64,000 bases of DNA from an uncultured bacterium (GTDB lineage Bacteria; Patescibacteriota; Microgenomatia; UBA1400; MFAQ01), in the NCBI GenBank assembly GCA_963980225.1, contig CAXBYW010000005.1:1235-65234 (forward strand). Reading direction: 5' to 3'. Of the stretch, positions 1 through 9,997 are shown one piece after another (position 1 is the first letter of the stretch; every line of letters begins with the position of its first letter). The notes beneath the pieces were generated by a model. The model was not told where the DNA came from. It worked only from the letters and a program-made list of their open reading frames with translations, and did not search any database. The position numbers and the translations under genes were made by a program.

Positions 1-359
1 TTTTCTACCCAGAACTTTTATGCCTTGTTATTAAAAGCTCTCCTGTTGGTCAACAGTTAATAAAAAACAAATCCAAACTAGGTTTCATTAAGTACGCCTT
101 TCTTTCTCAAAAACTAATCCGTGGTATAGACAGAGATCCAGAACACATAGATCTTTTGGTGGTGGGCAAGGTCATCATGCCTCAGCTGTCTCTAATAGTA
201 AAGAAACTAGAAAAAGTTTTAGATTCGGAAATAAACTACTCCTCAATGACAGAGGAAGAGTACAAATACAGGAAGGCAAGAAAGGATCCCTTCATTACCT
301 CCGTCCTGCTTCAGCCAAGAATAATGATAATCGGAGATGAAACTAAATTATTAGCCTAA
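1..359 (+). CDS. C-terminal fragment of unknown protein; ORF open to the window start (no in-frame stop from base 3 to 359)
   Basis: Manual frame walk shows the 156..359 ORF extends without a stop to the window edge. Ends TAA immediately followed by ATG of next gene. No recognisable motif. Confidence 0.35.
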   Translation, partial: FYPELLCLVIKSSPVGQQLIKNKSKLGFIKYAFLSQKLIRGIDRDPEHIDLLVVGKVIMPQLSLIVKKLEKVLDSEINYSSMTEEEYKYRKARKDPFITSVLLQPRIMIIGDETKLLA

Positions 360-551
360 ATGACTCACTCACAAAAAATAATCAAAGCAGGTAACTCTCT
401 AGCAGTTACCATTCCTTCGCGTCTGGTCAAAACTTTAGGTTTAAAATCTAAAGACACCGTCCTAGTAATTCAAGAAGATGCAGAAAGTATTACTTATAAA
501 TTCCTAAACCCCCAACAGCTAACTCTCTCCAGTTTAACCCCTAAAACTTGA
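360..551 (+). CDS. AbrB/MazE/SpoVT-type DNA-binding domain protein (antitoxin-like)
   Basis: N-terminal IIKAGNSLAVTIPSRLVKTLGLKSKDTV matches the swapped-hairpin AbrB/MazE fold signature. 63 aa. Start abuts the stop of the upstream ORF. Confidence 0.55.
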   Translation: MTHSQKIIKAGNSLAVTIPSRLVKTLGLKSKDTVLVIQEDAESITYKFLNPQQLTLSSLTPKT

Positions 552-566
552 GGTACAATAATCTTC

Positions 567-1901
567 ATGTCCAACCAGAAGCTTAATCAGCTATTCTTTT
601 TGATCGTAAGTATTTTCTTGATATCTCTTTTCTTAAGCCTTCCAAGGGAAGTCAAGGTTTTTGGCCACCAACTTCCCGAACTAAACCTTAATTTGGGACC
701 AGTAAATTTTCATCGTGACTTAAAAATAAAACAAGGTCTAGACCTACAAGGAGGAACCAGGGTTGTTCTCAAGGCAGACATGGAAAACATAGAAGAACAA
801 GACAGGTCTGTAGCTCACGAATCAGTTCGCTCAGTCATAAGTAGAAGGGTAGATCTTTATGGTGTTTCAGAGACGAATATAAAAATATCCAAATCAGGTG
901 AAGAGTACAGACTGGTCGTAGAGTTACCAGGTATAGATCAACCCCAAGAAGCCTTGGACCTTATCGGCCAAACAGCTAGGCTAGCTTTTGCTTCACCCAA
1001 CTTTGAGGTTCCACCAGCTTCTCCGTCCGCCGACCCGGTCCTAACAGGTTTCACTCCCACTGACCTTACCGGGGCAGACCTTAAAAGAGCTCAAGTTACC
1101 TTCGAGACAGACAACAGACAGCCCGGTGTCTCACTAGAGTTCAAAGATTCAGGTAGAGAAAAGTTTGCCGAACTTACCAAGCAGTTTATTAACCAACCTC
1201 TAGCAATAATAGTAGATGACTCAATATTAACTGCTCCTATCATCCAGTCCGTCATTACAACCGGCCAGGCCATCATTACCGGACAGTTCACTAATGAGGA
1301 GGCAAAAAGTTTAAGTATTCAGTTAAACTCTGGAGCACTTCCTGTCCCCGTCAGTATATTAAGTCAAAAAAACATTCCTGCTACTTTAGGATCAGAAGCA
1401 GGTTACAAAAGCGTAGTTGCTGGCGGCATTGGTCTAGGATTAGTTGCTCTCTTTATGGTTGCTTACTACGGCTGGTTAGGGGTTATCGCCTCGTTTGGTC
1501 TAGTCCTTTATGGTCTTATCACCATGAGTATCTACAAAATTATCCCAGTCACTCTTACTCTTCCTGGTATCGCCGGTTTCTTACTCTCTGTCGGTATGGC
1601 AGTGGACTCAAACATCTTAATCTTCGAACGCTATAAAGAAGAAGTCAGGGCCGGTCGTTCTCCTAAAGTAGCTCTAGAGCTAGGTTTTGGTAGGGCATGG
1701 GACTCAATCAAAGACGCCAACACAGCCACTATTATTACCGCCCTTATCTTGTTCAACCCACTGGGTTGGGACTTCCTTAACACCTCCGGCGCGGTTAGGG
1801 GATTTGCTCTAACATTAATGATAGGAATATTTATCTCTCTTTTTACTGGTATCGTAGTTACCAGAACCTTACTAAGACTATTCTATAAAAAAGCAAAATG
1901 A
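567..1901 (+). CDS. secD: protein translocase subunit SecD
   Basis: N-terminal TM helix, periplasmic domain (LVVELPGIDQPQEALDLIGQTARLAF), C-terminal 6-TM bundle. Followed by secF with ATGA overlap. Confidence 0.85.
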   Translation: MSNQKLNQLFFLIVSIFLISLFLSLPREVKVFGHQLPELNLNLGPVNFHRDLKIKQGLDLQGGTRVVLKADMENIEEQDRSVAHESVRSVISRRVDLYGVSETNIKISKSGEEYRLVVELPGIDQPQEALDLIGQTARLAFASPNFEVPPASPSADPVLTGFTPTDLTGADLKRAQVTFETDNRQPGVSLEFKDSGREKFAELTKQFINQPLAIIVDDSILTAPIIQSVITTGQAIITGQFTNEEAKSLSIQLNSGALPVPVSILSQKNIPATLGSEAGYKSVVAGGIGLGLVALFMVAYYGWLGVIASFGLVLYGLITMSIYKIIPVTLTLPGIAGFLLSVGMAVDSNILIFERYKEEVRAGRSPKVALELGFGRAWDSIKDANTATIITALILFNPLGWDFLNTSGAVRGFALTLMIGIFISLFTGIVVTRTLLRLFYKKAK

Positions 1902-2578
1902 ACTGGTTAAAACTATCACCCCTCTATTTTTTCATCTCCTTCCTGCTCATATCCATCAGCATCTTCTCCATCGTTAAATATGGCTTTAACCTATCTATCG
2001 AGTTCACCGGTGGCTCCGTCACTACTCCTCAAGGTTTCGAGTACGTCGGTCCTAGCATCGGTCAAGAAACGATAAGAAAAACCGTCATCAGTATCATCTT
2101 GGCGGTTACGACCCTGTTAGTCTATATATCCTTTACCTTTAAAAAACTAAAATTTGGTGTCTGTGCCATTTTAGCTATGTTGCACGACTCACTTATTCTT
2201 TTGGGGAGTTTTTCTCTTTTAGGTCATTTCTTTGGAGTACAGGTGGACCTCTTGTTTGTCACTGCTGTCTTAACCACTCTTTCATTCTCGGTTCATGACA
2301 CCATCGTAGTTTTCGACAGGATAAGGGAGTTAAGTAATACCCCAGCCAAAGAAGTAGACAATATCAACCAAGCCATCACCGACACCATCGTTAGATCACT
2401 AAATAACTCCCTCACCATAATATTCATGCTCTTGGCTCTTCTGCTTATGGGGGCTAGTTCTACCAAACACTTTATCTTGGCTCTACTCATCGGTACCATC
2501 ATAGGAACTTACTCTTCTACCTTTACTGCGGCCCCTTTACTTACTGTCTGGACCAAGATCTTTGATTCTAGAAAGTAA
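1898..2578 (+). CDS. secF: protein translocase subunit SecF (short form)
   Basis: IEFTGGS motif, multi-TM, operonic with secD. Only 226 aa, so a reduced form. Confidence 0.75.
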   Translation: MNWLKLSPLYFFISFLLISISIFSIVKYGFNLSIEFTGGSVTTPQGFEYVGPSIGQETIRKTVISIILAVTTLLVYISFTFKKLKFGVCAILAMLHDSLILLGSFSLLGHFFGVQVDLLFVTAVLTTLSFSVHDTIVVFDRIRELSNTPAKEVDNINQAITDTIVRSLNNSLTIIFMLLALLLMGASSTKHFILALLIGTIIGTYSSTFTAAPLLTVWTKIFDSRK

Positions 2579-4012
2579 GTACTTCTTAGTGTTCTTACTA
2601 GTGTCTTCAATTACTTCCTCAAATAACTTATTCATCACACTACCAATTTTTGGTCCTGGTTTAATTTTTAAAACCTTCATCACATCTTTACCATTAACCG
2701 CCAAGTCCTTTACTTCCATTGGTTCAAACAACTGTTCACCAATTCTTTTCTGTAACTCCTGAAGTCTCCAGCTAGTGGTCTTGCTCCCACCACCCTTTCT
2801 GTCACCCACTCTTAAAAGCATCATGTTATTTATGTTCTCCTTACCTACTCGTTTGATAAATCTACGTATCGAAGCATCAGTCATTTCCGGCTGGTAGGCA
2901 AACATATGCCAGCGAACCAAGGTAACAAGTTTTTTTATCTGATCCTTCGAAAGTTTTAGTCTCTCACCAATTTCTTCAACCATCCTAGCACCAATTACCT
3001 CATGACCGTAAAAAGTTGTCGCTTCTCTGGTATCCGTCTCAAACTCACATCTAGGACATTTAAGGCTGTCTCCAATTAACAAATCTTTTTCCTTCATCAC
3101 CCAACCACATCTGGAGCATCTCCATTTTTTACTTGCAGGTTTACCGACATCATGTAAGAACGTTGCCAATCTAAGTAATGGGTCAGAAGCAGGGCAGTGA
3201 TTCAAAGATTCTAACATGTGATCTAAAACATCTAGTTTGTGGTGCCCTTTTTGCTCTACTTTTTTTGCCTCCAAAACCTCAGGGATGACGTACTTCATTA
3301 ACCCAGTGGAGATAAGCAGCCTCATCCCATCAGCAGGGTAAGTAGACGCCAGTATCTTAAACAACTCATCTCTAACTCTCTCTTTACTTACCTTTTCTAA
3401 AAGTGGTGACTGAACACTCAAGGCTTCAAGCGTCTCCTTTTCTATCTCAAAACCTAATAAGGCGGCAAACCTAATCGCTCGCATCATTCTCAACGCATCT
3501 TCCCCAAATCTCTTATTAGCCTCTCCTACTGCTCGTATGATCCCATTTTCAAAGTCATCTAGCCCATCAACAAAGTCAATTAAATGGAGGTCATCCATCT
3601 TACCTCCAATAGCTAGGGTATTAATAGTAAAGTCCCTTCTTTTGACATCTTCTTCCAGGCTCTTACCCCACTCCACCTTATCAGGATGTCTGTGATCAGA
3701 GTACTCCTTCTCCGATCTGTAGGTAGTGATCTCATATACCTGCTTTAATCCATTGCTTTCCACCGGTACCATTACCGTTCCAAATTCATTCTCATAAAAC
3801 GGTTCATGGGTCTTCATTAATTCCAGGGTTTCTTCTGGTGTGGCACTAGTGGTTAGGTCGCACTCGACGGGCTCGTTTCCTAAAAGAATATCTCTAGCCG
3901 CTCCACCAATTAAATAAATCTCAAAGCCTTTTTTTGTGAAAACATCAAAAAATTCCAAGACCGTTTTGGGCACTAAACTCATCTCGTCTTTTAATAACTT
4001 TCTTTTTGTCAT
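2537..4012 (-). CDS. cca: CCA-adding tRNA nucleotidyltransferase with HD domain and an inserted 4-Cys zinc-ribbon-like segment
   Basis: Pol-beta head LIGGAARDILLG plus DL, HD motif FLHDVGKP, then insert CSRCGW...CPRCEF before YGHE. Start chosen at internal Met (MTKRKLL..., cat at 4010-4012) rather than the longest ORF at 4108. Confidence 0.75.
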   Translation of the reverse strand: MTKRKLLKDEMSLVPKTVLEFFDVFTKKGFEIYLIGGAARDILLGNEPVECDLTTSATPEETLELMKTHEPFYENEFGTVMVPVESNGLKQVYEITTYRSEKEYSDHRHPDKVEWGKSLEEDVKRRDFTINTLAIGGKMDDLHLIDFVDGLDDFENGIIRAVGEANKRFGEDALRMMRAIRFAALLGFEIEKETLEALSVQSPLLEKVSKERVRDELFKILASTYPADGMRLLISTGLMKYVIPEVLEAKKVEQKGHHKLDVLDHMLESLNHCPASDPLLRLATFLHDVGKPASKKWRCSRCGWVMKEKDLLIGDSLKCPRCEFETDTREATTFYGHEVIGARMVEEIGERLKLSKDQIKKLVTLVRWHMFAYQPEMTDASIRRFIKRVGKENINNMMLLRVGDRKGGGSKTTSWRLQELQKRIGEQLFEPMEVKDLAVNGKDVMKVLKIKPGPKIGSVMNKLFEEVIEDTSKNTKKYLLSRIKDLGPDSK

Positions 4013-4043
4013 ACTATATATTGTAGAATACAATCCACTCACC

Positions 4044-5519
4044 ATGAACCCCACATTCAAAGATCTAGTAAATACTATCAAAAAGAACGACATCAAGGTA
4101 GATATCAACGCTTTAGAAGATGCCTATCTATTCGCCAAAAATGCCCATGAAGGTCAACAAAGATACACAGGCGACCCATTTATCGCCCACCCCCTACATG
4201 TGGCTAATACTATTGCTTCATGGGGCTTAGACGAGGCTTCAATTAAAGCTGCCTTACTTCATGACGTCCTAGAAGACACACCAGTTACCTACAAAGAGCT
4301 TGAAAAAAAATTTGGTTCAAAAATCGCATTTTTAGTAGATGGTGTCACTAAAACTGGCCAAGTTCAGTTAAGAAATAGTAAAGATTTAAATTTTGTAGAG
4401 AATTTAAGAAAAATGTTTGTGGCTATGGCTAAAGACATCAGGGTTGTCTTGATCCGTCTGGCAGATCGATATCACAACATGCTTACTCTAGACGCTGTTC
4501 CCCTAAGTAAACAGCAAAGAATTGCCTTAGAGACAGTTGAAGTATACGCCCCTTTAGCTGAAAGACTAGGTATGGGAGAGATAAAAGGAGAGTTGGAAGA
4601 CCTGGCCTTTCCTTTCATAAAACCAGATGAACACGAAAAAATTACCGAGTTATTCAAGACCAAGATAAAGCAAACCAAACAACACACCAATCAGGTAATT
4701 AAACAAATTGAAAAATTTCTTAAAAAAACCAAACTAGACATACAAGTCCATGGTCGCTTTAAAAACAAATACAGTCTTTACCACAAACTCCAGCGTCCGG
4801 GTATAGACAACGATATAAATAATATCCACGACTTAGTTGCCATAAGAATCATTACTAAAAATCAATCAGACTGCTATCTTTGTTTAGGTCACGTCCACAA
4901 GCTATACAAGCCTGTCCCTCACATTGGAGTCTCAGACTTCATCGCTCAACCAAAACCAAACGGATACCAGTCAATCCACACCAAGATCTTTGACCACCAC
5001 GGGGGGACAGTAGAGGTACAGATAAGATCACAGAGAATGCATCAACAGGCAGAGCTTGGCGCCGCCGCTCACTACGCATACAGCCAAGCAAAAAATGACA
5101 TTAAAAAAGACCCTGACGCTTTAGAAAAAGGTACTGCCTTTAAAGCCAGTAAAAAAATGGACTGGGTTAAGCAGTTGGCTAAATGGCAAGACGAGATAGA
5201 AAACATCAAGGAGTTCAAGAAAAACCTGTCTCTAGACACCCTGTCTCACCGGATCTACGTCTTCTCTCCACTGGGAGATGTTTATGACCTACCAGAAGGA
5301 GCTACTCCAGTAGACTTTGCTTTTATGGTTCACTCCGATCTAGGTCTTCATATCAAGGGCGCCAAAGTAAACAAAAAACTAGTACCTCTAAGTCACCCAC
5401 TAAAAAGTGGTGATGTTGTAGAAATAGAAAAAACCAAAAAGAAACAAAAACCAAACAGAGACTGGCTTCAGTTTGTTAAGTCCAGTCAGGCCAAGGCAAA
5501 AATTAGAAGATCTTTATGA
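4044..5519 (+). CDS. RelA/SpoT-family (p)ppGpp synthetase/hydrolase (short, no ACT domain)
   Basis: HD hydrolase motif AALLHDVLEDT, synthetase core (YHNMLT... RFKNKYSLYHKL... DLVAIRIIT), TGS-like IYVFSPLGDVYDLPEGATPVDFA. Start set to ATG 4044 to avoid antisense overlap with cca. Confidence 0.8.
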   Translation: MNPTFKDLVNTIKKNDIKVDINALEDAYLFAKNAHEGQQRYTGDPFIAHPLHVANTIASWGLDEASIKAALLHDVLEDTPVTYKELEKKFGSKIAFLVDGVTKTGQVQLRNSKDLNFVENLRKMFVAMAKDIRVVLIRLADRYHNMLTLDAVPLSKQQRIALETVEVYAPLAERLGMGEIKGELEDLAFPFIKPDEHEKITELFKTKIKQTKQHTNQVIKQIEKFLKKTKLDIQVHGRFKNKYSLYHKLQRPGIDNDINNIHDLVAIRIITKNQSDCYLCLGHVHKLYKPVPHIGVSDFIAQPKPNGYQSIHTKIFDHHGGTVEVQIRSQRMHQQAELGAAAHYAYSQAKNDIKKDPDALEKGTAFKASKKMDWVKQLAKWQDEIENIKEFKKNLSLDTLSHRIYVFSPLGDVYDLPEGATPVDFAFMVHSDLGLHIKGAKVNKKLVPLSHPLKSGDVVEIEKTKKKQKPNRDWLQFVKSSQAKAKIRRSL

Positions 5520-6394
5520 ATATTTTAAAGACAATAATCCTATCTCTAGCTATCTTGTTTCCTCTGGTCCCTCAGTACTTAAAAAAAGTATCATCCACAG
5601 ACTCAAAAGTAAAATCCGCGTCAGTCCATCAACTCAAGGTTCCAAAATCTACTTCTTCAATCTCACCTGTATTTACCGCCCAAGCAGTATACGTTCTAGA
5701 CTTAGACTCAAACACCGTCCTTTTCTCAAGAAACTCGAAAGAAACACTCTTTCCAGCCTCCTTAACCAAGATAATGACAGCAGTAGTTGCCTTGGAACAC
5801 TACTCCAAAGATCAAATCTTAACAGTAAAAACAGCCGATCTTTCTATCGGTAACACCATGGAGTTAAAACCAGGAGACAAACTAACCACAATGGATCTAA
5901 TATATGGTCTTTTAGTTGCGTCAGGCAACGACGCTGCCTTAGCTCTAGCAGAGAACTTCCCTGGTGGTTACTCCCAGTTTGTTGTCGCCATGAACAAAAA
6001 AGCTGAAGAACTAAATTTAACCAAGACTCACTTTAATAATACTTCTGGGGTGGAAGACATAGGTCACATCACTACAGCCCACGATCTTGCCATCTTAAGC
6101 CAGTACGCTTTAAAAAACGCTACCTTCCGTCAAGTTGTTGGCACCAAACAAAAAGAAATCACTAGTATAAAAGAAAACAAATACTCTCTTTTCTCCACCA
6201 ATGAGTTGCTTGGGGAAGTTGAGGGTGTCTTAGGAGTCAAGACCGGCTGGACACCAGAGGCTGGTGAGTGCCTTATCACTCTAGTCAATCAAGATAGTCA
6301 CCCGGTATTAATAGTCTTGCTAGGATCAGAGGATAGGTTTGGAGAAACGGTTGGGATGATAGATTGGGTCTATGAAAGCTTCTCTTGGGAATAG
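5516..6394 (+). CDS. D-alanyl-D-alanine carboxypeptidase (peptidase S11/PBP5-like)
   Basis: SxxK (ASLTK), SxN (SGND), KTG (KTGWT) motifs. N-terminal signal/TM. Confidence 0.7.
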   Translation: MNILKTIILSLAILFPLVPQYLKKVSSTDSKVKSASVHQLKVPKSTSSISPVFTAQAVYVLDLDSNTVLFSRNSKETLFPASLTKIMTAVVALEHYSKDQILTVKTADLSIGNTMELKPGDKLTTMDLIYGLLVASGNDAALALAENFPGGYSQFVVAMNKKAEELNLTKTHFNNTSGVEDIGHITTAHDLAILSQYALKNATFRQVVGTKQKEITSIKENKYSLFSTNELLGEVEGVLGVKTGWTPEAGECLITLVNQDSHPVLIVLLGSEDRFGETVGMIDWVYESFSWE

Positions 6395-7465
6395 CTACTT
6401 TAACCACTCATCCGTAATGGCCGAGACATAAGCTACAAAATTCTTGTCTCCTAAAAATACATAAACAGGCATCGTATACTCATCCGTTCCTCCATCAAAA
6501 TATCCCAAGAACATCCTTCTTATCTTTATAGTTCCATTATCAGGGCTGTCATTCGTTACAAAACCACCACCATTTTTTAGCTCTTCCCATGCTTCTAGTC
6601 CAGTCTTAATTTGGTAAGTACTCATTTTTGTGTAGTCTATCTCTGTATAATTATTCTCAAGTAAGATTAATTTCTCATTAGGTTTATCAGATCCAGACAA
6701 AATCAATCTAACAAGCCCTTTTCTAGGTGTCGGTCTGTAAAAAGGATAACTAGACAAAACCTCTTTTGTTTCCTCATCTATCTCCTCTATATTTTTTCTA
6801 TAAAAATCAATCTGCACAAAGTCTGCATCAGACAAAGCTAGAGCCAAAGCCAGCTTATCTCCTTCTGCTTTTAGGTAACTGATTTTTTCTTCTCCTAGAA
6901 TATCATCTGGTAATACATCACTAATTCTCAACAACCCAACTCCAGCAGACAGTACCTGGGCATCAGACTTGAAACCAACCACTCTTGCTAGTTCCGGATC
7001 ATTCTGCCACTGTTTTGTCATCCTAAAGTGTCCGGTTATGATGTTCATAATTAGTTTAGAGCTTAAACTATCGTTAGTGTCCCAAATATACTCAGTTTTT
7101 GAATTTTCCACAGGCTTGAAAGTAAAACCTAATTTAGAAGCCTGCTCAATTGCTTTGTTTGCCTTCAAGAAGGTGCTTCTCTCAAGAGGAGAACTGTAAA
7201 CAGTCATCCTGTCAGGAAAAGTAGGAATCTCTCCAGTAGGTAGTTCTAAAAGCATCTCAGGTCTAGTGGTTTCTTCCGGGAACTTCAATTTCTCAAGTTT
7301 TCCAAAACCAGCCAACGGAGATGGAAGAGCTGCTGGAAAATATCGCTTATACACCTTAATACCGGCCCCGCCTAAATACCAAAGCAAGCTAATAGCCACA
7401 AATCCAATTGCTCCATACTTAATTGCTTTTCTTACTACTACTGCTGATTCGGTTAAACTTGCCAT
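6395..7465 (-). CDS. membrane-anchored hypothetical protein
   Basis: Long ORF, single N-terminal TM helix, no recognised motif. Abuts the dac stop codon with zero intergenic bases. Confidence 0.4.
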   Translation of the reverse strand: MASLTESAVVVRKAIKYGAIGFVAISLLWYLGGAGIKVYKRYFPAALPSPLAGFGKLEKLKFPEETTRPEMLLELPTGEIPTFPDRMTVYSSPLERSTFLKANKAIEQASKLGFTFKPVENSKTEYIWDTNDSLSSKLIMNIITGHFRMTKQWQNDPELARVVGFKSDAQVLSAGVGLLRISDVLPDDILGEEKISYLKAEGDKLALALALSDADFVQIDFYRKNIEEIDEETKEVLSSYPFYRPTPRKGLVRLILSGSDKPNEKLILLENNYTEIDYTKMSTYQIKTGLEAWEELKNGGGFVTNDSPDNGTIKIRRMFLGYFDGGTDEYTMPVYVFLGDKNFVAYVSAITDEWLK

Positions 7466-7489
7466 CTAACATAAAGTATACTATCAAGT

Positions 7490-8809
7490 ATGACTAAAGC
7501 CAAAGTCCGTACTAGAAATGCTCCTTCCCCAACAGGCATTCCTCATATTGGTAACACTCGTACCGCCCTTTTTGACTACCTACTGGCCAAAAAATATAAA
7601 GGTAGCTTTGTTCTTCGCATAGAAGACACCGATCAAAAAAGACAAGTAAAAGGTGCAGTAGAGGCAATTAACGACATCCATGAGTTTTTAGGGCTAGTTC
7701 CTGATGAGAGCTCAAAAGTTGGCGGTCCATATGCACCATACACTCAAACAGAGAGACTAGGTACCTACAAAAAAGTCGTCAAACAGTTGATAGACAATGG
7801 CGATGCCTACGAAGACGAGGGTGCCGTAAGAATCAAGATGCCCAAAGAGGGTTACACCGTCTGGAAAGACTTAGTTCAAGGTAAAATCTCCATTCCTAAC
7901 GAAGAGGTAGACGACAAGGTCTTATTAAAATCAGACGGCGTCCCCACCTATCACTTAGCCGCCATGGTAGACGATCACTTCATGGAGATCACTCATATAA
8001 TGAGAGGTGTAGAGTACATAGTCTCCACCCCGGTCCACTTAAAGATATACGAATCCTTAGGCTGGCAACCTCCAGTATTCATGCACGTCCCCTTACTCTT
8101 AGGTCCAGACAAATCCAAGTTAAGTAAACGTCATGGTGCCAAGAATGTACTTCAGTTTAAAGAAGAAGGTTACCTACCAGAAGCCATCAACAACTTTTTG
8201 TTTTACTTAGGTTTCTCATACAAAGATAACTCGGATCTTTTGACCATGAAAGAAATGATCGACATCTTTGATGAAAACAAGATAAGTAAGAGCAACGCTA
8301 TCTTTGACATACAAAAACTTAACTACTTCAACTCAAAGTGGATTAAAAAATTAGAAGGGGAAGATCTATTAAAAAGACTCATTCCTTTTGTAAAACCATC
8401 CTATAAAAAAGATAAAAAAAAGTTGACTCAAATACTTCCCTTAGTTAAAGATAGACTAACCAAGTTAAACGAGGCAAATGATTTAATAGACTTTTTTTTC
8501 CAGTTTGAAAAACCAGACATAGATAGTCTTTTAGAAAGTAGCCAAGCTAGTCCGGCTCTGACCTTAAGTTGGTTCAATATGGTTCAAAATGACCTTGAAG
8601 CATTAGTTGAGTTTGACCCAGAATCTATTCACAAGCTACTCAAAAAAACTCAAGAGTTATCAGACCTTTCACCTCGTCAGGCATTTATGAGTTTGCGTCT
8701 AGCTATTACCGCTAAGGACGTCACTCCACCACTTTTCGATTGCATATCTATTCTTGGAAAAGAGGAATCCTTAAAAAGACTGAAAGATTCCATGACTTCA
8801 CTTAAATGA
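7490..8809 (+). CDS. gltX: glutamyl-tRNA synthetase (truncated, 439 aa)
   Basis: HIGH motif (PHIGNTRTAL), KMSKS-like KLSKR, class I catalytic core. Confidence 0.85.
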   Translation: MTKAKVRTRNAPSPTGIPHIGNTRTALFDYLLAKKYKGSFVLRIEDTDQKRQVKGAVEAINDIHEFLGLVPDESSKVGGPYAPYTQTERLGTYKKVVKQLIDNGDAYEDEGAVRIKMPKEGYTVWKDLVQGKISIPNEEVDDKVLLKSDGVPTYHLAAMVDDHFMEITHIMRGVEYIVSTPVHLKIYESLGWQPPVFMHVPLLLGPDKSKLSKRHGAKNVLQFKEEGYLPEAINNFLFYLGFSYKDNSDLLTMKEMIDIFDENKISKSNAIFDIQKLNYFNSKWIKKLEGEDLLKRLIPFVKPSYKKDKKKLTQILPLVKDRLTKLNEANDLIDFFFQFEKPDIDSLLESSQASPALTLSWFNMVQNDLEALVEFDPESIHKLLKKTQELSDLSPRQAFMSLRLAITAKDVTPPLFDCISILGKEESLKRLKDSMTSLK

Positions 8810-9672
8810 ATAAAGATACTGCCCTCCAGAATACCATTGCTAATTTAGAAAAAAGGTCTAGTTCATTAAGAAAGGATCTTCTAAAACATAAAACCGCCAA
8901 AAAGTTCTACACCAAATCAACTCTTCTGGCTCATGAACTAAGACAAAAATCTACCCAATTACTCGCCGGAGCAGGTCTAGTTGGAACTCTCTTGGCTACT
9001 CCTGTCGGCTCCATCGTTGCTAATCAGCCAGTCCAAATTACTCAAGAAAACCTCCAACAAAACTTGACCAACAACTTAAATTCCATTGTTCCCCATCAAC
9101 CAACCAAGCTTTCTTCGGATCAAGCTAAAGACATAGAAAAACAAATCCAAGACACACTAGGTATCCCGGCTAAAGCAGTCCTAAATGATCAAACATTAAA
9201 TCACCAAGTAGGCTACATAGGTTATGAGCAGCATTTACAAAGATATCCAGGAGATTCAATAGACCAACACGATGAAGAACTAATAGCTGGTATCGCTCCA
9301 GGCAAAGGCGCTTGGGGCTACTTCTCTCCTACCAAACAAGACTTTACTACACAGGACTACCTTAGAGAAAAATATTACTCTGTAGCCCAAACTCTTTACC
9401 TACCCAACTGGAATCAGGACTTTAGGTACCTAAGAGACTGGTACAAATACAGAAAGATTCTTGTAGTTAACCCCGCTAACGGCCAAGCAGTAGTTACTGT
9501 TTTAGCTGATGCCGGGCCAGCCAAGTGGACTGGTAAGCAGTTTGGTGGTTCACCGGAAACAATGAAAGAACTAAACCTCCACAAAGGCAGTAGAAAAGGC
9601 TTAGTTTTATTTTTATTTATAGACGACCCAGACAACCTTATTCCATTAGGTCCAGTTACTAGTAAAATATAG
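8806..9672 (+). CDS. RlpA-like double-psi beta-barrel domain protein (putative septal/peptidoglycan-binding)
   Basis: C-terminal ILVVNPANGQAVVTVLADAGPAKWTG...MKELNL resembles the RlpA DPBB signature (VxNxxNGxSVVVRVNDRGP). N-terminal TM. ATGA overlap with gltX. Confidence 0.4.
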   Translation: MNKDTALQNTIANLEKRSSSLRKDLLKHKTAKKFYTKSTLLAHELRQKSTQLLAGAGLVGTLLATPVGSIVANQPVQITQENLQQNLTNNLNSIVPHQPTKLSSDQAKDIEKQIQDTLGIPAKAVLNDQTLNHQVGYIGYEQHLQRYPGDSIDQHDEELIAGIAPGKGAWGYFSPTKQDFTTQDYLREKYYSVAQTLYLPNWNQDFRYLRDWYKYRKILVVNPANGQAVVTVLADAGPAKWTGKQFGGSPETMKELNLHKGSRKGLVLFLFIDDPDNLIPLGPVTSKI

Positions 9673-9676
9673 TCCT

Positions 9677-9997
9677 ATGTCCATAATCTTTTACGATCAC
9701 TTAATAAATAAACACGAACTCCTAGTCATCATTGATAAAACAGAAGGTGAGGACAATCATAAAAGTAAGATCAAGCATTTGGTCGACGATATTCTCCACC
9801 AGGGGATTGTAGAGTTCACCTTATCCAAGTTAAAACCCAAACATCACAAGGTCTTTCTACAACAACTCCATCACGCTCCATATAGCCCCGAAATTCTAGA
9901 CTACCTCAAGGAAAAAGTTGCTCATGACATAGAAGAGCAAATCCAAAAACATGCAGACAAACTAATTAAAAAAGTCAGAAAAGATCTAGGTCTCTAA
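9677..9997 (+). CDS. hypothetical protein
   Basis: 106-aa ORF, His/Lys rich, no motif. Confidence 0.3.
   Translation: MSIIFYDHLINKHELLVIIDKTEGEDNHKSKIKHLVDDILHQGIVEFTLSKLKPKHHKVFLQQLHHAPYSPEILDYLKEKVAHDIEEQIQKHADKLIKKVRKDLGL

Noticed and set aside
1091-5853. Short antisense or out-of-frame ORFs inside secD, secF, cca, relA/spoT and dac (e.g. 1091-1291, 2293-2502, 2562-2762, 4472-4690, 5473-5853)
   Set aside because: They are fully embedded in strongly supported longer genes, with no RBS and no conservation signal. They are typical shadow ORFs.
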